A stretch of 61,336 nt of DNA from Mizuhopecten yessoensis (taxonomy: Eukaryota), in the NCBI RefSeq assembly GCF_002113885.1, contig NW_018404373.1, positions 984,347-1,045,682 of the forward strand. Reading direction: 5' to 3'. Both the position numbers and the translations under genes were made by a program. The notes beneath the pieces are model-generated. The model was not told the DNA's origin. It was given only the letters and a program-made list of their open reading frames with translations, and did not search any database. Shown here one piece after another: positions 1 to 31,400 of the stretch (its first letter is position 1; each line of letters begins with the position of its first letter).

Positions 1-1107
1 GAGTATGTTTGAGAGTGTGACAGCGTGTAACCTGTATGAGTATGTTTGAGTGTGTGACAGCGTGTAACCTGTATGAGTATGTTTTTGAGTGTGACAGCGT
101 GTAACCTGTATAAGTATGTTTGAGAGTGTGACAGCGTGTAACCTGTACAAGTATGTTTGAGTGTGTGACAGGGTGTAACCTGTACGAGTATGTTTGAGTG
201 TGTGACAGCGTGTAACCTGTATGAGTATATTTGAGAGTGTGACAGCGTGTAACCTATATAAGGATGTTTGAGTGTGTGACAGCGTGTAACCTGTATGAGT
301 GTGTTTGAGTGTGTGACAGCCTGTAACCTGTATGAGTGTGTTTGAGTGTGTGACAGCCTGTAACCTGTATGAGTGTGTTTGAGTGTGTGACAGCGTGTAA
401 CCCGTATGAGTATGTTTGAGAGTGTGACAGCGTGTAACCTGTATGAGTATGTTTGTGAGTGTGACAGCGTGTAACCTGTATGAGTATATTTGAGAGTGTG
501 ACAGCGTGTAACCTATATAAGTATGTTTGAGTGTGTGACAGCGTGTAACCTGTACGAGTATATTTGAGTGTGTGACAGCGTGTAACCTGTACGAGTATGT
601 TTGAGAGTGAGACAGCGTGTAACCTGTATGAGTATGTTTGAGTGTGGGCCAGGGTGTAACCTGTATGAGTATGTTTGTGAGGGTGACAGCGTGTAACCTG
701 TATGAGTATATTTGAGAGGGTGACAGCGTGAAACCTATATAAGTATGTTTGTGTGTGTGACAGCGTGTAACCTGTACGAGCATGTTTGAGCGTGTGACAG
801 CGTGTAACCTGTATGAGTATATTTGAGAGTGTGACAGCGTGTAACTTATATAAGTATGTTTGAGTGTGTGACAGCATGTAACCTGTATGAGTGTGTTTGG
901 GTGTGTGACAGCGTGTAACCTGTATGAGTATATTTGAGAGGGTGACAGCGTGTAACCTATATAAGTATGTCTGAGTGTGTGACAGCGTGTAACCTGTATG
1001 AGTATGTTTGAGAGTGTGAGAGCATGTAACCTGTATAAGTATGTTTGAGAGTGAGACAGCGTGTAACCTGTATGAGTATGTTTGAGTGTGTGACAGCGTG
1101 TAACCTG
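1..1107. repeat. 39-bp minisatellite in the last visible POLR2E intron
   Basis: Unit GAGTATGTTTGAGTGTGTGACAGCGTGTAACCTGTAT(GA), about 28 copies, runs off the left edge. Confidence 0.95.
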
Positions 1108-1376
1108 GGATCATTATACTAAGATAAAGAAGGGAAACTGCTTCTTCTGTTGAATAAATGTCACATATCTTAATGTGAAAACCATGTCATTTAGAGCCGC
1201 AAATCTTAAGTGGTCCATTACTTCATTTCATTTCTTATTTCTTATTTACAATATCTTATTCTTCGTCGAATTTCTTCATTATTCAAGTGACTGTGATTGA
1301 TAGGAAGATATTTCAATGAGACATGAAACTTTCTGAAGAGATCAAATATTGAATTTCAATGAAAAGAAAAACTTAC

Positions 1377-19044
<17,668 letters not shown>

Positions 19045-19420
19045 TTGTATTTCCGTTTATAACAAATCCTTTAGATAAAATATATCGTTAATTATTGCAC
19101 AACGAACGTGTATTTATGAATTCAGCGTGTTTTCAGCCGGAAGTTGTTTCCTGAATGTCAAGTCATCAAAGTGTTTAACAATTCTCATCGGTCATTAAGC
19201 GTCTTTCAGACATAAAGTTAAAATATAGTTTCGTAAATAGTTTAATTTTTATATTACCACAGTACATCTTAGGAAAATAATCTTAGTTTGTTGTAGATAA
19301 AACGTCGACATAACATATTATTTCAGTCATTTGGATTTATCTGATTTTAGAACATTACTTAAAATTTAAAATTACGAAAATACCTCATGTCACGCCTGAA
19401 CCCACCACAGCACAGGCCGT
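19045..19420. promoter_or_regulatory. Compact bidirectional promoter POLR2E / GPX4
   Basis: Start codons are 376 bp apart and divergent; ETS/GABP-type CCGGAAGT at 19137-19144. Confidence 0.75.
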
Positions 19421-22400
19421 ATGTTGTTTATAACGTTGAGTAGGACATTATTGACTCAAGTACGGGAGAGATCAAAGGTCTATCTGACGAGGCTCCCATA
19501 CGCAACCATGGTAAGTTTCATTTAACCATTAGGCTAGTACAACTGTTTGAAAATGACATCTCTTTCAACTGTAGTACAGAGGTGAAACTGACCTCGACAG
19601 AAAGAAAAAAAACCCAGAAAATATGATATCAATATGTACTAGAACTGATGAAAGAAAATGTAGCCCTGGATCGTCTGTTGCAATGAGCATGCGGGTTGAT
19701 TATATAACGCATAGAAAATCTGACCCGCGCTGTTGTTCATGCATGCTTCAGCCAGTAGACAGTTACTCGCCATAATATGAAATATAAACCAGGTCCAGTA
19801 CACTCTGCCGTTTGAGCTATACAGTATACATTATGTAGCTGTAAAGACCTATAATAGCTCTATTTATTGACCTATCTGAAAAAGATAGGTCTTTTGAGCT
19901 ATTTTCATGTGATTTCCTTTTTGAAGGAAAACGAAACAAAGTCGCTTTTAAAAGAAGATTTTATTATTAGGTTGATAACAAAAGACATTTTAAATATTCT
20001 TTTTAAATAATAATGATGTAAAAAAAATCGGAAATTTTTACAGTCAACATTACCTTAAACCTTATTGTTTTATGCGACTTTCCTTTGATTTAATGAAAAT
20101 TGAAATCTGAGAAATTATCTAGTTCAAGCTATAATTTGTAGGTGAATATAGCTAGCTCTATATATGTATACGTAGGTCTTTATATAGCTCAATAGGCAGA
20201 GTGTACTGGACCTGTAAACTAACATGACATACCATGATGCAATAAACTATCTATTTCCGATGACCTTTGGTTTTTGTTTAGTAATAATGATCATCAGGAA
20301 ACTATTATTTGTAACAGGAAATCCGACTGCTTAGTTATCTAGTACATAAAAAGGAAATTGCAAACCTGTTTGCAATGGAATGTGCATCACAAATATAACA
20401 AGGGAGACATAGATAACGTTTTATAGAAAACATTGTGGCTTAGACATGAGGAATCATTACCTCACTTAAAGAAATGTAGATCATCTGATGTATGGAATAA
20501 TTTGCCTAAACACTTCATAAATGCTTAATCTACGGTTAAAAGGTTTGAAATTAGCTTAGATTTACTTTTGAAAACTGACAAAACACTTAAAAATTGAATA
20601 CTTTAAATTCTGTCTTTATCATGAAATTTTACTTCAAAAGTTATTCACATATATTTTATATATACAGTTAAATATTTATATGGTCAAAAAAGCTTAAATC
20701 TGTCCATAATGTTTCCTATTAAAATTATACAGTGATACAATAATGATTATGCATATTTAAACCTGGTACGATCGGTCATGTATCACATATATATAGAGTA
20801 TGTGTACCTGTTAATTTGGTCATGTTAAACACTTTCTTCAATCTTTTGTGTATTGCATGAATAATTGCCACACAGATAATTATACTACACATGTGACAGT
20901 GTACCAATAGGGTCTGTATGTTTTATATATAGTTGATAATAAAAAAAAAAAGTTTATAATATGATTTAAACAGTTAAGGTCATAGGAGTGTATTGCTATT
21001 AAACGGAACTAGGAAGTACATGCCTAGTTGAAAATCCAATATAGGGAGACAGTATCACAATTTCCGCATATTTTAATGTTTAATATTAAACTGATGAATA
21101 TTGTATGTTTATTATTGACAGAACAGTATGTTCTTTCAATATAAAGTATTTCAAAGCAATCTAGGCATTAATTCAGTTGTTTTTTAATCCATGAGTCACA
21201 TGTGTCCATTTTTCTGTACTTCAGGAAACCGGGTACCTATTTCACTACTGTGGAGTTTTTCAAGAACGATAACTCTTTCATGCAATTACTATGTTTATAT
21301 GGTTTTATTATAAAATGTCAATTTTTATTCGCTTATAAATAATTCATTTTACACAATTTCAGCATTTATGAAATTGATATATATTAATGCAATACTAATC
21401 TATGTCAGTATCATGTTTATTGACATTATATTGCAAAAAATTGTGTTTCATTTTTTTTCATAATTCACTCCTTTTTACATAAATTTCCATTTAAAATCCT
21501 TAAAATTCTGACAACCAATACTTTTTAAGGCAGAAAATTTTCTTTATAACTACAAAATTAGAAGAAATTCTACTGAGAAATGGCGACACAATCCTATTAC
21601 CTTAATATAATCCATGTACATGAAATATAGGCATTGAGTTGTGATTTCCTATTTTGTGATTGTTACATTGAAATTTGGAACCATAATGCATTAATTAAGT
21701 AACAGCTGGGGAAGAATTGGACTGCAGGCTATATGAAAGGTCATGATAATTTTCATTTTTTTAATATATTTTTTACATAATTTCATAATATGAAGAAACC
21801 TGGTTTAAAAACATATTTTTCCCACAACCTTTATAAGTTTCTTCACTTCTGACTGAATTCATAAACCTGATATAGTTGGTTAACGTTTTTGGTTACTTGC
21901 AAGTGGGTAACATACAAAGTGGAAGTTATTTCATTGGTCAATCTGTAATTAGATTTGTGACATTTTCAAATAACGATGCTTTATGACAACATTTTCCATT
22001 GTGATGTCATGATCATAATGTAGTTCTCTCAATCGGAAACAGGAATAATGTAATTTGTATTCTGAAGAGAAACATGGTTTTCTAGATATAATATCTGAAT
22101 GTTGATGGAGAAAAAGGTCCCCAAACTCATTACGGTTGGTTATCTGTCTTATCATTTTATTTAATTTTCAAATTGTAGAAGAAAAGTAAGTCATCTTGTT
22201 TGCAATGTAGGTTTATATTTACTCATTATAAAATAACTTTAAATACTGAAAATGACAATAGGTTTTTTGATATACCCATCAATTTCCCCAAAAACATTGT
22301 AGTTTCCATAGATACAGATAATCTAAAAAAGAAAAAGAATGGTAAATAAGTAATACTGTAACAGAAGAAATAAATTAAGTATTTTTCATAATATCCCAGG

Positions 22401-25400
22401 AGAAAAAAACATGATTATATATATACAAAACACATAATTAGGATGTAGGAAAGTTTACGATTTGATAAAAGCTACTATTTTTACTGTTGTGTGTTTAGCC
22501 TTGGATATGTTGTAATGGACGTGTACATGTTGACTTGGTAAGTGGGTCACTGTGGGATCAAGTGCTTCCTGCCACATATATTTGTTATCGTTAGGTCATC
22601 TTTACTCATTAGTGGTGCATGCGTAGAGTACAATACATATATTCTTTAGCCACACAGAAGCTGTCATTAATCACTGTACAGACTTTCATTCTCCACATTT
22701 GTCTATGTACATTACTAAGGGACACGTGTACAAATGAAATTGCTTAAGTGAAGAAAATTCAGTCAGGCTTTCCAAAAGCTTGAAACTCAGGAAGATGGTA
22801 TTATATTCAAATGTCTTTGCACACCCCAATTATTCACTGCAATTAATATTATTATTATAGTAAAACTTTACAAAACAAAGTGAATATATGAAATTGAATT
22901 GTAATATTTGAGTATAGTTCATTCAATAAATATTCTTATTTACTCTGTTAATTAAGATGAATTCAACCTTGGAACATATTACTGTAATTTTCTATTGAGG
23001 AAATAATTTGCATACATGTACATGTAGGTTCCAGTTCTATTTAATTTGATCCATGTTGAGTTAAGCATTTTTGTCGTATTTATATGTGTACATTAAACGT
23101 AGACTATTTGTTAAGTAGATTTATTCTTACGACAAGCAGTGTTTCACTCAAACCCTTATCTATTGATTGAAAAACATTTACTGGAAATTGATATACAGTG
23201 TATACATATGTCTCAAAATGTTGCTCCAAATTTTGACCAATATATTAACCCTTTCACCCCTAGGTAACTTTAATAATAACCAAGTCATTACATAGTGATC
23301 GTGATGGGACACTTGAGTAGCCGAGCATGATAGCCACGGTAACATAAGATGAACATTTCATCATATATTACTGTGGCTATCACGTGCACGCTCACTATCA
23401 CTATCTGATAATATAAGGATACTAACATTTACTAAGCATACATCTGATGAGATATTTCAAATATATCCTGTTTGTAGGGTTTATGCTTTGTTAGTGTTGG
23501 TGTATTTAAAAATCCCCATCAGATGTATGCTTAGTAAATGTTGGTATCCTTATATTAAATGATCAGATACGGCTCAGGTTTAGTAAATGTTGGTATCCTT
23601 ATATTAAATGATCAGATACGGCACAGGTTTAGTAAATGTTGGTATCCTTATCAGATAGGGATTATGCTTGGATGTTGGTTTGTTTGGGGTGTTACAGCCT
23701 TACAACGCCAAAGGCTTAGTCTAAAAGGTGGTTGTCTATAGGGAGACACTGTCAGAAAGAAAGAGTAGGTTGGATATAAAAAACAATAGAGGTGTTTCAA
23801 TGGGGGCAGCACAACAACTTTCAATTCTTAAATGCCTCCACTAAGTAGATCTAGATGACACAACAAAAGACCCACCCTAACCCCACCCCTCATCCATCTG
23901 CCCACCCCACCACCCACCCCTCATCCATCTGCCCGCCCCGCTTCCATGAGTAACTCACACCTTTGACGCAGACAGCTTTAACTAATTTAGATACATTAAT
24001 ATATACTGTATATACTACTAACTGATGCACTGATTCACACTTCTGTGTCATTATATATAGTCACAGGACACTGGTAACCAAACAAATACATACTTTCAGT
24101 TGTTATTATAGTTATTACACGTACAGTATCAGATAGCTAGGGCTAGTGTTTGGTATCTGTTAGTAAAATTGTTATTTATTGGAAAAAAACTCAATAATTT
24201 TACTCTTGAATTTTTTGAGTAAAGGCAACTTTTTAAAAGATTAGAATTACCTGGTATAGTACTTCTAAAAGATGAGATGACATATATTCTAAACTGATTA
24301 GAAGTAAATAGAAGTAATAGCACTACATCAACTACATCAGAGGAATCCAAAGATGTGAGGTTTTCTAGCTAGCTACGTATGTAATTGGTGTTCACACTTT
24401 ATAGATAGAACCCTTTTTAAAAGAATGATGATCAAGAATAGATTAACCAATAACACGTACATTCATGATCACTGAGTTATGATCACTGAGTTATGAATAT
24501 TATATCTGGTTCTTAACTCGTGTAGTTAATTTGTTCTATTGAAATACTGTATATTCATGATTATTCAATAAACTGTTATGAACCTTGTGTATTAAATTGC
24601 ATCTGTCATGTGGAAAGTTTAGATGTAAATATATGTTTTTATGTATAAAACTGTACAGACTATCCCAAGCCTGTTAACAGGAAGTTATGATGCATATGTC
24701 TGTTCATTACATGTTAAACATAGGTTAATGTACATGTGGTATTTACCTGTATTATGATGTTTTTTAAAATTAAATTTGTATGACTTTCTCATGATATTAT
24801 TGATTAACACAACTTTATCGCCTGTTACATACAGGGTAATGGGGTATGTATATATGGAGTGTACTTGTCAGTAACTGTCTGCACTAAGTATAGTATATGA
24901 CATTGCTATACTTGTAGTCTGATCTCTCGAATATTTCACACTCTTACCATTCATCTCTCTTCAAATTCTCATCATTTTCCTAGTCTTATTTCAATCTGGC
25001 TGCCCTGGTGTGAAGTTCTAAGGGTGTTTCAGAGTGAACTGACCCATTTACTGAACCTCCTATGTAGCGTATTCAGTGTTTCAAGTTTGTCCTGTACCTG
25101 TACATTGTCACATATCATGAAGTCACACACAAATCAAAAATATAATTTGTTTTATTGGGGGGGGGTCTATGGATTGGATTTTAAGGATCCATGACTAGCT
25201 TAGGCCTTGATAAATATTGTTGAAAAGAGTTTTTATCAAAAAGAAAAGAATAAAGATGAAATATAAAACTATAATCAACAACAGTGTTCTGCATGTAAAA
25301 TTGAAGTGGGGCTAGACAATGATTCGAACCCTGGACTTAAGGTTAATTGTTATGTATCCCTTACCGGTAGTGTTCTTACCCAACTGTGCTACAGCTGAAA

Positions 25401-28400
25401 TGAAATTAAGGGGAGATTACTGTATATATACAGTATTAATAAAAAAAAAAAACTGATTACAGTGGGACAGGGATCTTTAAGGAAATATTGTGTGCGTTGA
25501 AGTCTATATATTCTTTTATATATGGGGCAAAGAAGTAATTCCAACAGTGTGGACAAGTTTAGGTTGTCAAATTTTCGGAGCGATATAAATATAGCTATTA
25601 TATAAAACCAATAGTCCCCTCGGCTAATGACAGCCGAAGGCAGCAATTAAGCTGAGAGCATCCCAGACAAGGAACGCTGATGTAGAGGACCTATTCTTGC
25701 CCAAGATGCACTATCATATAAAGTGAGTCAACGAGAGATATCAAAAACGTGGAACATGTGCATGTGGAAATCTGGCCCGGTAAATGTGAAAAATCTCCAA
25801 TTTGCTATGGAATGTCTCATTAGTCACCTCTCAACACTGAGATGGATCTAACAGTCACAGCAGGGGGTCCACACTTAGTCGCCTCTTTTGGTTTGCAGGA
25901 ATTTTGATACATTTTTTTTTACAAATTTCAAACATTTTTTATGATAAAATTTATGTACATTTTATTGTCTAAAAATGGAAATAAAGTGTCTTGAAATATC
26001 CTTCAATGAAAAGAAAATAACTGCTATTTTCCAAAGAATCAAATTCTGCTATGTCCCCCATCAAGATAAACCTAAGTTTTGCACTTGATGCTTTAATTTC
26101 TGCTTGATGTCCTAGTGTATCTGTTGTCAGTATCATGTGACTAGGTGTAGCGTCATGCTACCTTGTCCAGTCTAGGACATTTCAGTAAGATTGCACTTTA
26201 AAGTGGCCTACATATGAGTGCATTCAGAGGCCCAATCATCTACAAGTGACTTGGCCGTTTGTGAGGTTATAAAAACCCAAACAAATAGATCATAAACTGT
26301 TATAGAAATTTCAAGGCAACTTGACTTGGCAAAGATCATAATTAATGCATTATAGTGCTTCACATATGGTACATATCTGTGTGGTCTTTCATACCAAGGT
26401 GTGTATACAAAAAAAATCAAGCCTTTCTAGGAAGACAGAAGATTGGACTACCTTGTGTTCAAGCCCTAGATACAGTACATAAATGTACATTGTTATGTAC
26501 CTGCTGGAGCCACATCAATTGATGTTGATTTTTGCCTTTTATGTAGATCTCTCAGTGCACCTGACTTTTGTCATACTAAGCATTTGTCTTTCAAATACAT
26601 CCTGTATGTCTGAAAGTCATTGAATTAAACTTAATATATGTGGATACTACATCAATATATATGGATCAAATTTAAGTTACTGTGACCCATATTTTTCACT
26701 TGTCATGATCATGACTTTTTGCTCCTTTAATTTCCTTTGGTTAGACTTCACAATTATAGCTCTGTCAATGTTTCCATCAGCACAGGTACAATTATAGCTC
26801 TGTTAATGTTTCCATCAGCACCGGTACAATTATAGCTCTGTTAATGTTTCCATCAGCACAGGAGCAAAGGGTATGTGTGTTAACAAGCTAGCAATTGCAA
26901 TATCATTGTCGTCTTTATAAAAACATACAGCTATATTATTATAGTAAATGCAAGTGTCGACAACACATAGTGACATTTAATTATATTACATGTAGTAAAT
27001 AAAATGTGGTAGTCAAATATACCACGTACATTCTGTTCAGTATCATCTTTTTCACTGAGTAAAATTTAGTGTGTTGCACCTTATATACAAATCCTGATAG
27101 TCCACGTGTATATCCTGATGGTCCACGTGTATATCCTGATGGTCCACGTGTATATCCTGATGGTCCACGTGTATATCCTGATGGTCCACGTGTATATCCT
27201 GATGGTCCACGTGTATATCCTGATGGTCCACGTGTATATCCTGATGGTCCACGTGTATATCCTGATGGTCCACGTGTATATCCTGATGGTCCACGTGTAT
27301 ATCCTGATGGTCCACGTGTATATCCTGATGGTCCACGTGTATATCCTGATGGTCCACGTGTATATCCTGATGGTCCACGTGTATATCCTGATGGTCCACG
27401 TGTATATCCTGATGGTCCACGTGTATATCCTGATGGTCCACGTGTATATCCTGATGGTCCACGTGTATATCCTGATGGTCCACGTGTATATCCTGATGGT
27501 CCACGTGTATATCCTGATGGTCCACGTGTATATCCTGATGGTCCACGTGTATATCCTGATGGTCCACGTGTATATCCTGATGGTCCACGTGTATATCCTG
27601 ATGGTCCACGTGTATATCCTGATGGTCCACGTGTATATCCTGATGGTCCACGTGTATATCCTGATGGTCCACGTGTATATCCTGATGATTCACGTGCATA
27701 TATTACAGTGTGTATATAACTTTTAACAATTAATTTGAACTGATCAGTAGTATCACTAAAAGTATCTTTTTCACTGAATAAAATTTTGTGTGCAGCACCT
27801 TTTATACAAATCCTGATGGTCCAAATTTTATTCATGTGTATATATTATATAACTTTAAACAATTGCTTTTAGTATCACTAAAATTATCTTTTTCACTGAA
27901 TAAAATTTAGTATGATGCACCTTTAATAATGGTTATTGATTATCATATCTTAGATCATGTATTTTAATAAGATATATATTCAAGAACTACCAGGTAATAT
28001 TGAAATAGTTCTTTGTGCGTTTGTGTTGCTATCAAATATGCTCTTAAACTGTGATGTAAATATATTGCTTCTGTTTGTGAAAAGAAACTACATACATGTA
28101 TTTGTATATGAAGGTGTACCTCATCTTCAGAGTATCAATTAGAAAGCAGTTAACGTTCCAACTCTGTATTTACCTCCTGTTGTTCAGTGCCGGAATGGAC
28201 CCGTCGTGTTATGAGGACACATGTACTTGTTACTGTGTAGACAAATTCATCCTATTATACATGTATTTAGGCCATTTGCTAAGTATAGTATTTCATAAAT
28301 TGCTTAGAAACTTTATTGTAGCATGTAATTGCCATTAGTACCTTAATTTCATATTGGATAAGGGAACTTAATTATGATGCACGTTACATTTTGTTACAAG

Positions 28401-31400
28401 AAGAAGAAAAAATAAGTCATTTTGCATTTAAAAGTAACAGACTTGAGGTACATTCACATTAAAATTATCAAATGTGTATAATTTGATGTTAATCATGAAA
28501 TAAGTTATATTTGATATCAATATATGTACCGATAGTAGTTGATAAATAGTGTATAAATGTTTATATAAATATTATAATGACAAATGTAGCTGGTAAATAT
28601 ATATATATATATACAGGAAGAGCTGTCATACCTACACGTTTAACATGTACAAAATGTACCATGTTACAGGCCAGCAATAATTCTGATTCCTGGAAAACTG
28701 CATCCTCTATTTATGAGTTCACTTGTAAAGACATAGATGGCAATGAGGTATCTCTGGAAAAATACAGGTATGTAGTAATTTTCTTTTACTTGTTAATAAC
28801 ATTTTTGGTGTTCAATGGAAATAACTATTTCAGCATCTATATCTAAGTTTTATGTGATATAAAATTTCCTAATTTAATGTTAAATATTGATGTTATTTGG
28901 AATTCAATTTATTCATCAAAGTCATTCTTCATACACACACCAATGCAGGAAACCATCCTTAAAGATTTCTTGTAACATAAAGAAAATGTGGATAACTTTT
29001 TATGGAATGTTTAATTTGTGATTCAATTATTTTTCCTCAAGTTAATGTCCTTGAAACTTAAATATTTGCTCCAGATCTAGAAACCTTGAAACTTAAATAT
29101 TTGCTCCGGATCTAGAACCCTTATAATTATGTACAACTTCTCCTTAACTGTTAAGTTGGATTTTTTTATTGTAACTTTGCACAGAGAAAGAACATCATAT
29201 GTGTGCATGAAGGAAGGGACTTGTTATTGAGGTATCATACCCCCTGCAAACAAAGTTTGAATATGTAGATAAACAAAGCTGGGGGAGGAATCTTGGTTTC
29301 TCTAGTTTTGAAATTGGGCGTTGATTTCTCAAATAAAAATAGAAAAACTTGAAAACAGACTTACCGGGTAGGTTTTTTAGAAAAGATTTTGCTGTTGTTT
29401 GTTTATTTAACAGTTACACTTGAACCTTTAAAATATTATTTTGTAAATAGTGGTTTGAAAAAATAAAATGAAAATAACATGCAAAAGGAATATAGACCAT
29501 ATTGTCTTATTTGTCTTAATTTTGGTGTGTAGTCATGATCAGTTATTTATAGGGCTAACTTCTATCTGGAAAAGAGAAATCTCTCATATATGATGAGTGT
29601 AAAATTAAGTACATGTTGGTGTAAACAGTATTTTATTTCAATCGTGACCGTCATATATAACAAGTACACAGGTATATAGGAATAGGATCTGGCAACAAGA
29701 TTTTAAATCTTATATAAAGGAATCTTCCTTGAAACGTAATTACATTAGTACTTCAACATACAGTTAATTGATACACACAAATTGTTTAAATTAACAGTTT
29801 GTGATAACTCTGACCATTTTATGCGATGAACCAAAACCAAATCATAGGTAGGTATGATAAAAGAAAGGAAACAGCTATGGGTACCTAGTTTACAGAAAAC
29901 TTCATATTTCTTAATTACTTCAGAGTATTGGAGAATTCATCTTAATGTAAAAGTTATTCTCTGTTTAGAATGAATACATTGTAATATCATTATTTTATGA
30001 ATGACAGAGGCCATGTTGTTCTCATCGTAAATGTGGCCAGTAAATGAGGTTTCACAGACAAGAACTACACTCAGCTACAAGAATTGCACGCACAGTATGC
30101 TGAGAGTAAGGGCTTGCGGATCCTTGGATTTCCCTGTAACCAGTTTGGTGGACAGGTCAGTTGGCTTACAATCTCTTGTTTATAGTTTATCATAGTTTAA
30201 CTTTAGTCACAAATAAATGTAAGTATGTTGGCTAACAATCTCTTGTATTAGTCACACTTATGGCTAACAATCTCTCGATTAGTCACACTTTTGGCTTATG
30301 ATCTCTTAGTTTAACCTATAGCTAGCCACACACAAGTAAGTCTGATATCTAACATTCTCTGTTATAGTTTAACTAGGAATTGTAAGTATTTTTGTTAACT
30401 TCCTCCTGTATAAGGTTTAATCATTGTCCATTCTCGATACTCAAGTATAATGCTCACTTTCACTCTCTGCACCCTTGGAATATGTCATAGTGGAATTGAA
30501 GGCGTACAGCTAGACATTTGATTGGTCTCAAGCAAACAAACCTGACCAATCGCTGGGTTGATACTGGTTCCTTTGAAGAATACAGTGGAGCAACACCCAA
30601 CTTCAAATGCCAGTCAATTTTACGCGACTGCCAGATTCTTTCGATGTACATCAAAGGATCAGACAAGTGTTCTCGTCTCATTCACAAGCTGATGCACACG
30701 GAGCCTTCACTTAAGATGTGCCATATTCCAGGGGTGCAGAGAGCGAAAGTGAGCATAGCCCCTGTAGTATCGAGGATGATCATTGTCAAGAAGGAATGTA
30801 AATTTGAGATGTATATTGATAAGTTACAATCAACTGAACGATATCTGGAGAGTCGCCCTGTTATGTATTTTGAAGATAAACTTTTATTCTAGGAGCCAGG
30901 GACGAATGAAGAGATAAAAGCTTTTGCAACAGATAAATATAAAGTGGAGTTCGACATGTTTGCCAAGATTGATGTGAATAGCAGCAATGCTATTCCCCTG
31001 TACAACTACCTGAAAAAGAAGCAAAGTGGAACTTTTGGAAAGTAAGTGTTATTGTACACGGCAGGAGGAAGTTCCCTGGGGAGTAAGTGATGTTGATTGT
31101 ACATGGAAGGGGGAACTCTAGGGGAGTAAGTGATCTTAATTGTACTCACCTAGGAAATATAAAAATAGCAGTGCTGTTGTAAAATGGTATTGTAAAATTT
31201 ACCATCAATACATCAACATTATATTATTAGCTCACCTGGTCCAAAGGACCAAGGTGAGCTTATGCCATACTGTGGCGTCCGTCGTCCGTCCGTCAACAAT
31301 TTCTTTAAACGACTTCTTCTTAACCACTGATTGGAATTCAACTAAATTTGACTGGAAGCATCCCTAGATGGTGGGGATTCAAAATTGTACAAATGGTGGG

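Noticed and set aside
254-1114. 286-aa His/Thr-rich ORF
   Set aside because: Artefact of the 39-bp minisatellite.
26981-27835. Heptad-repeat ORFs (e.g. YTRGPSG, reminiscent of a Pol II CTD)
   Set aside because: A perfect 21-bp DNA repeat with no synonymous variation, open in four frames, and intronic.
30460-30892. Short ORFs in GPX4 intron 3
   Set aside because: They lie largely within a TSD-flanked MITE and have no recognisable motifs.
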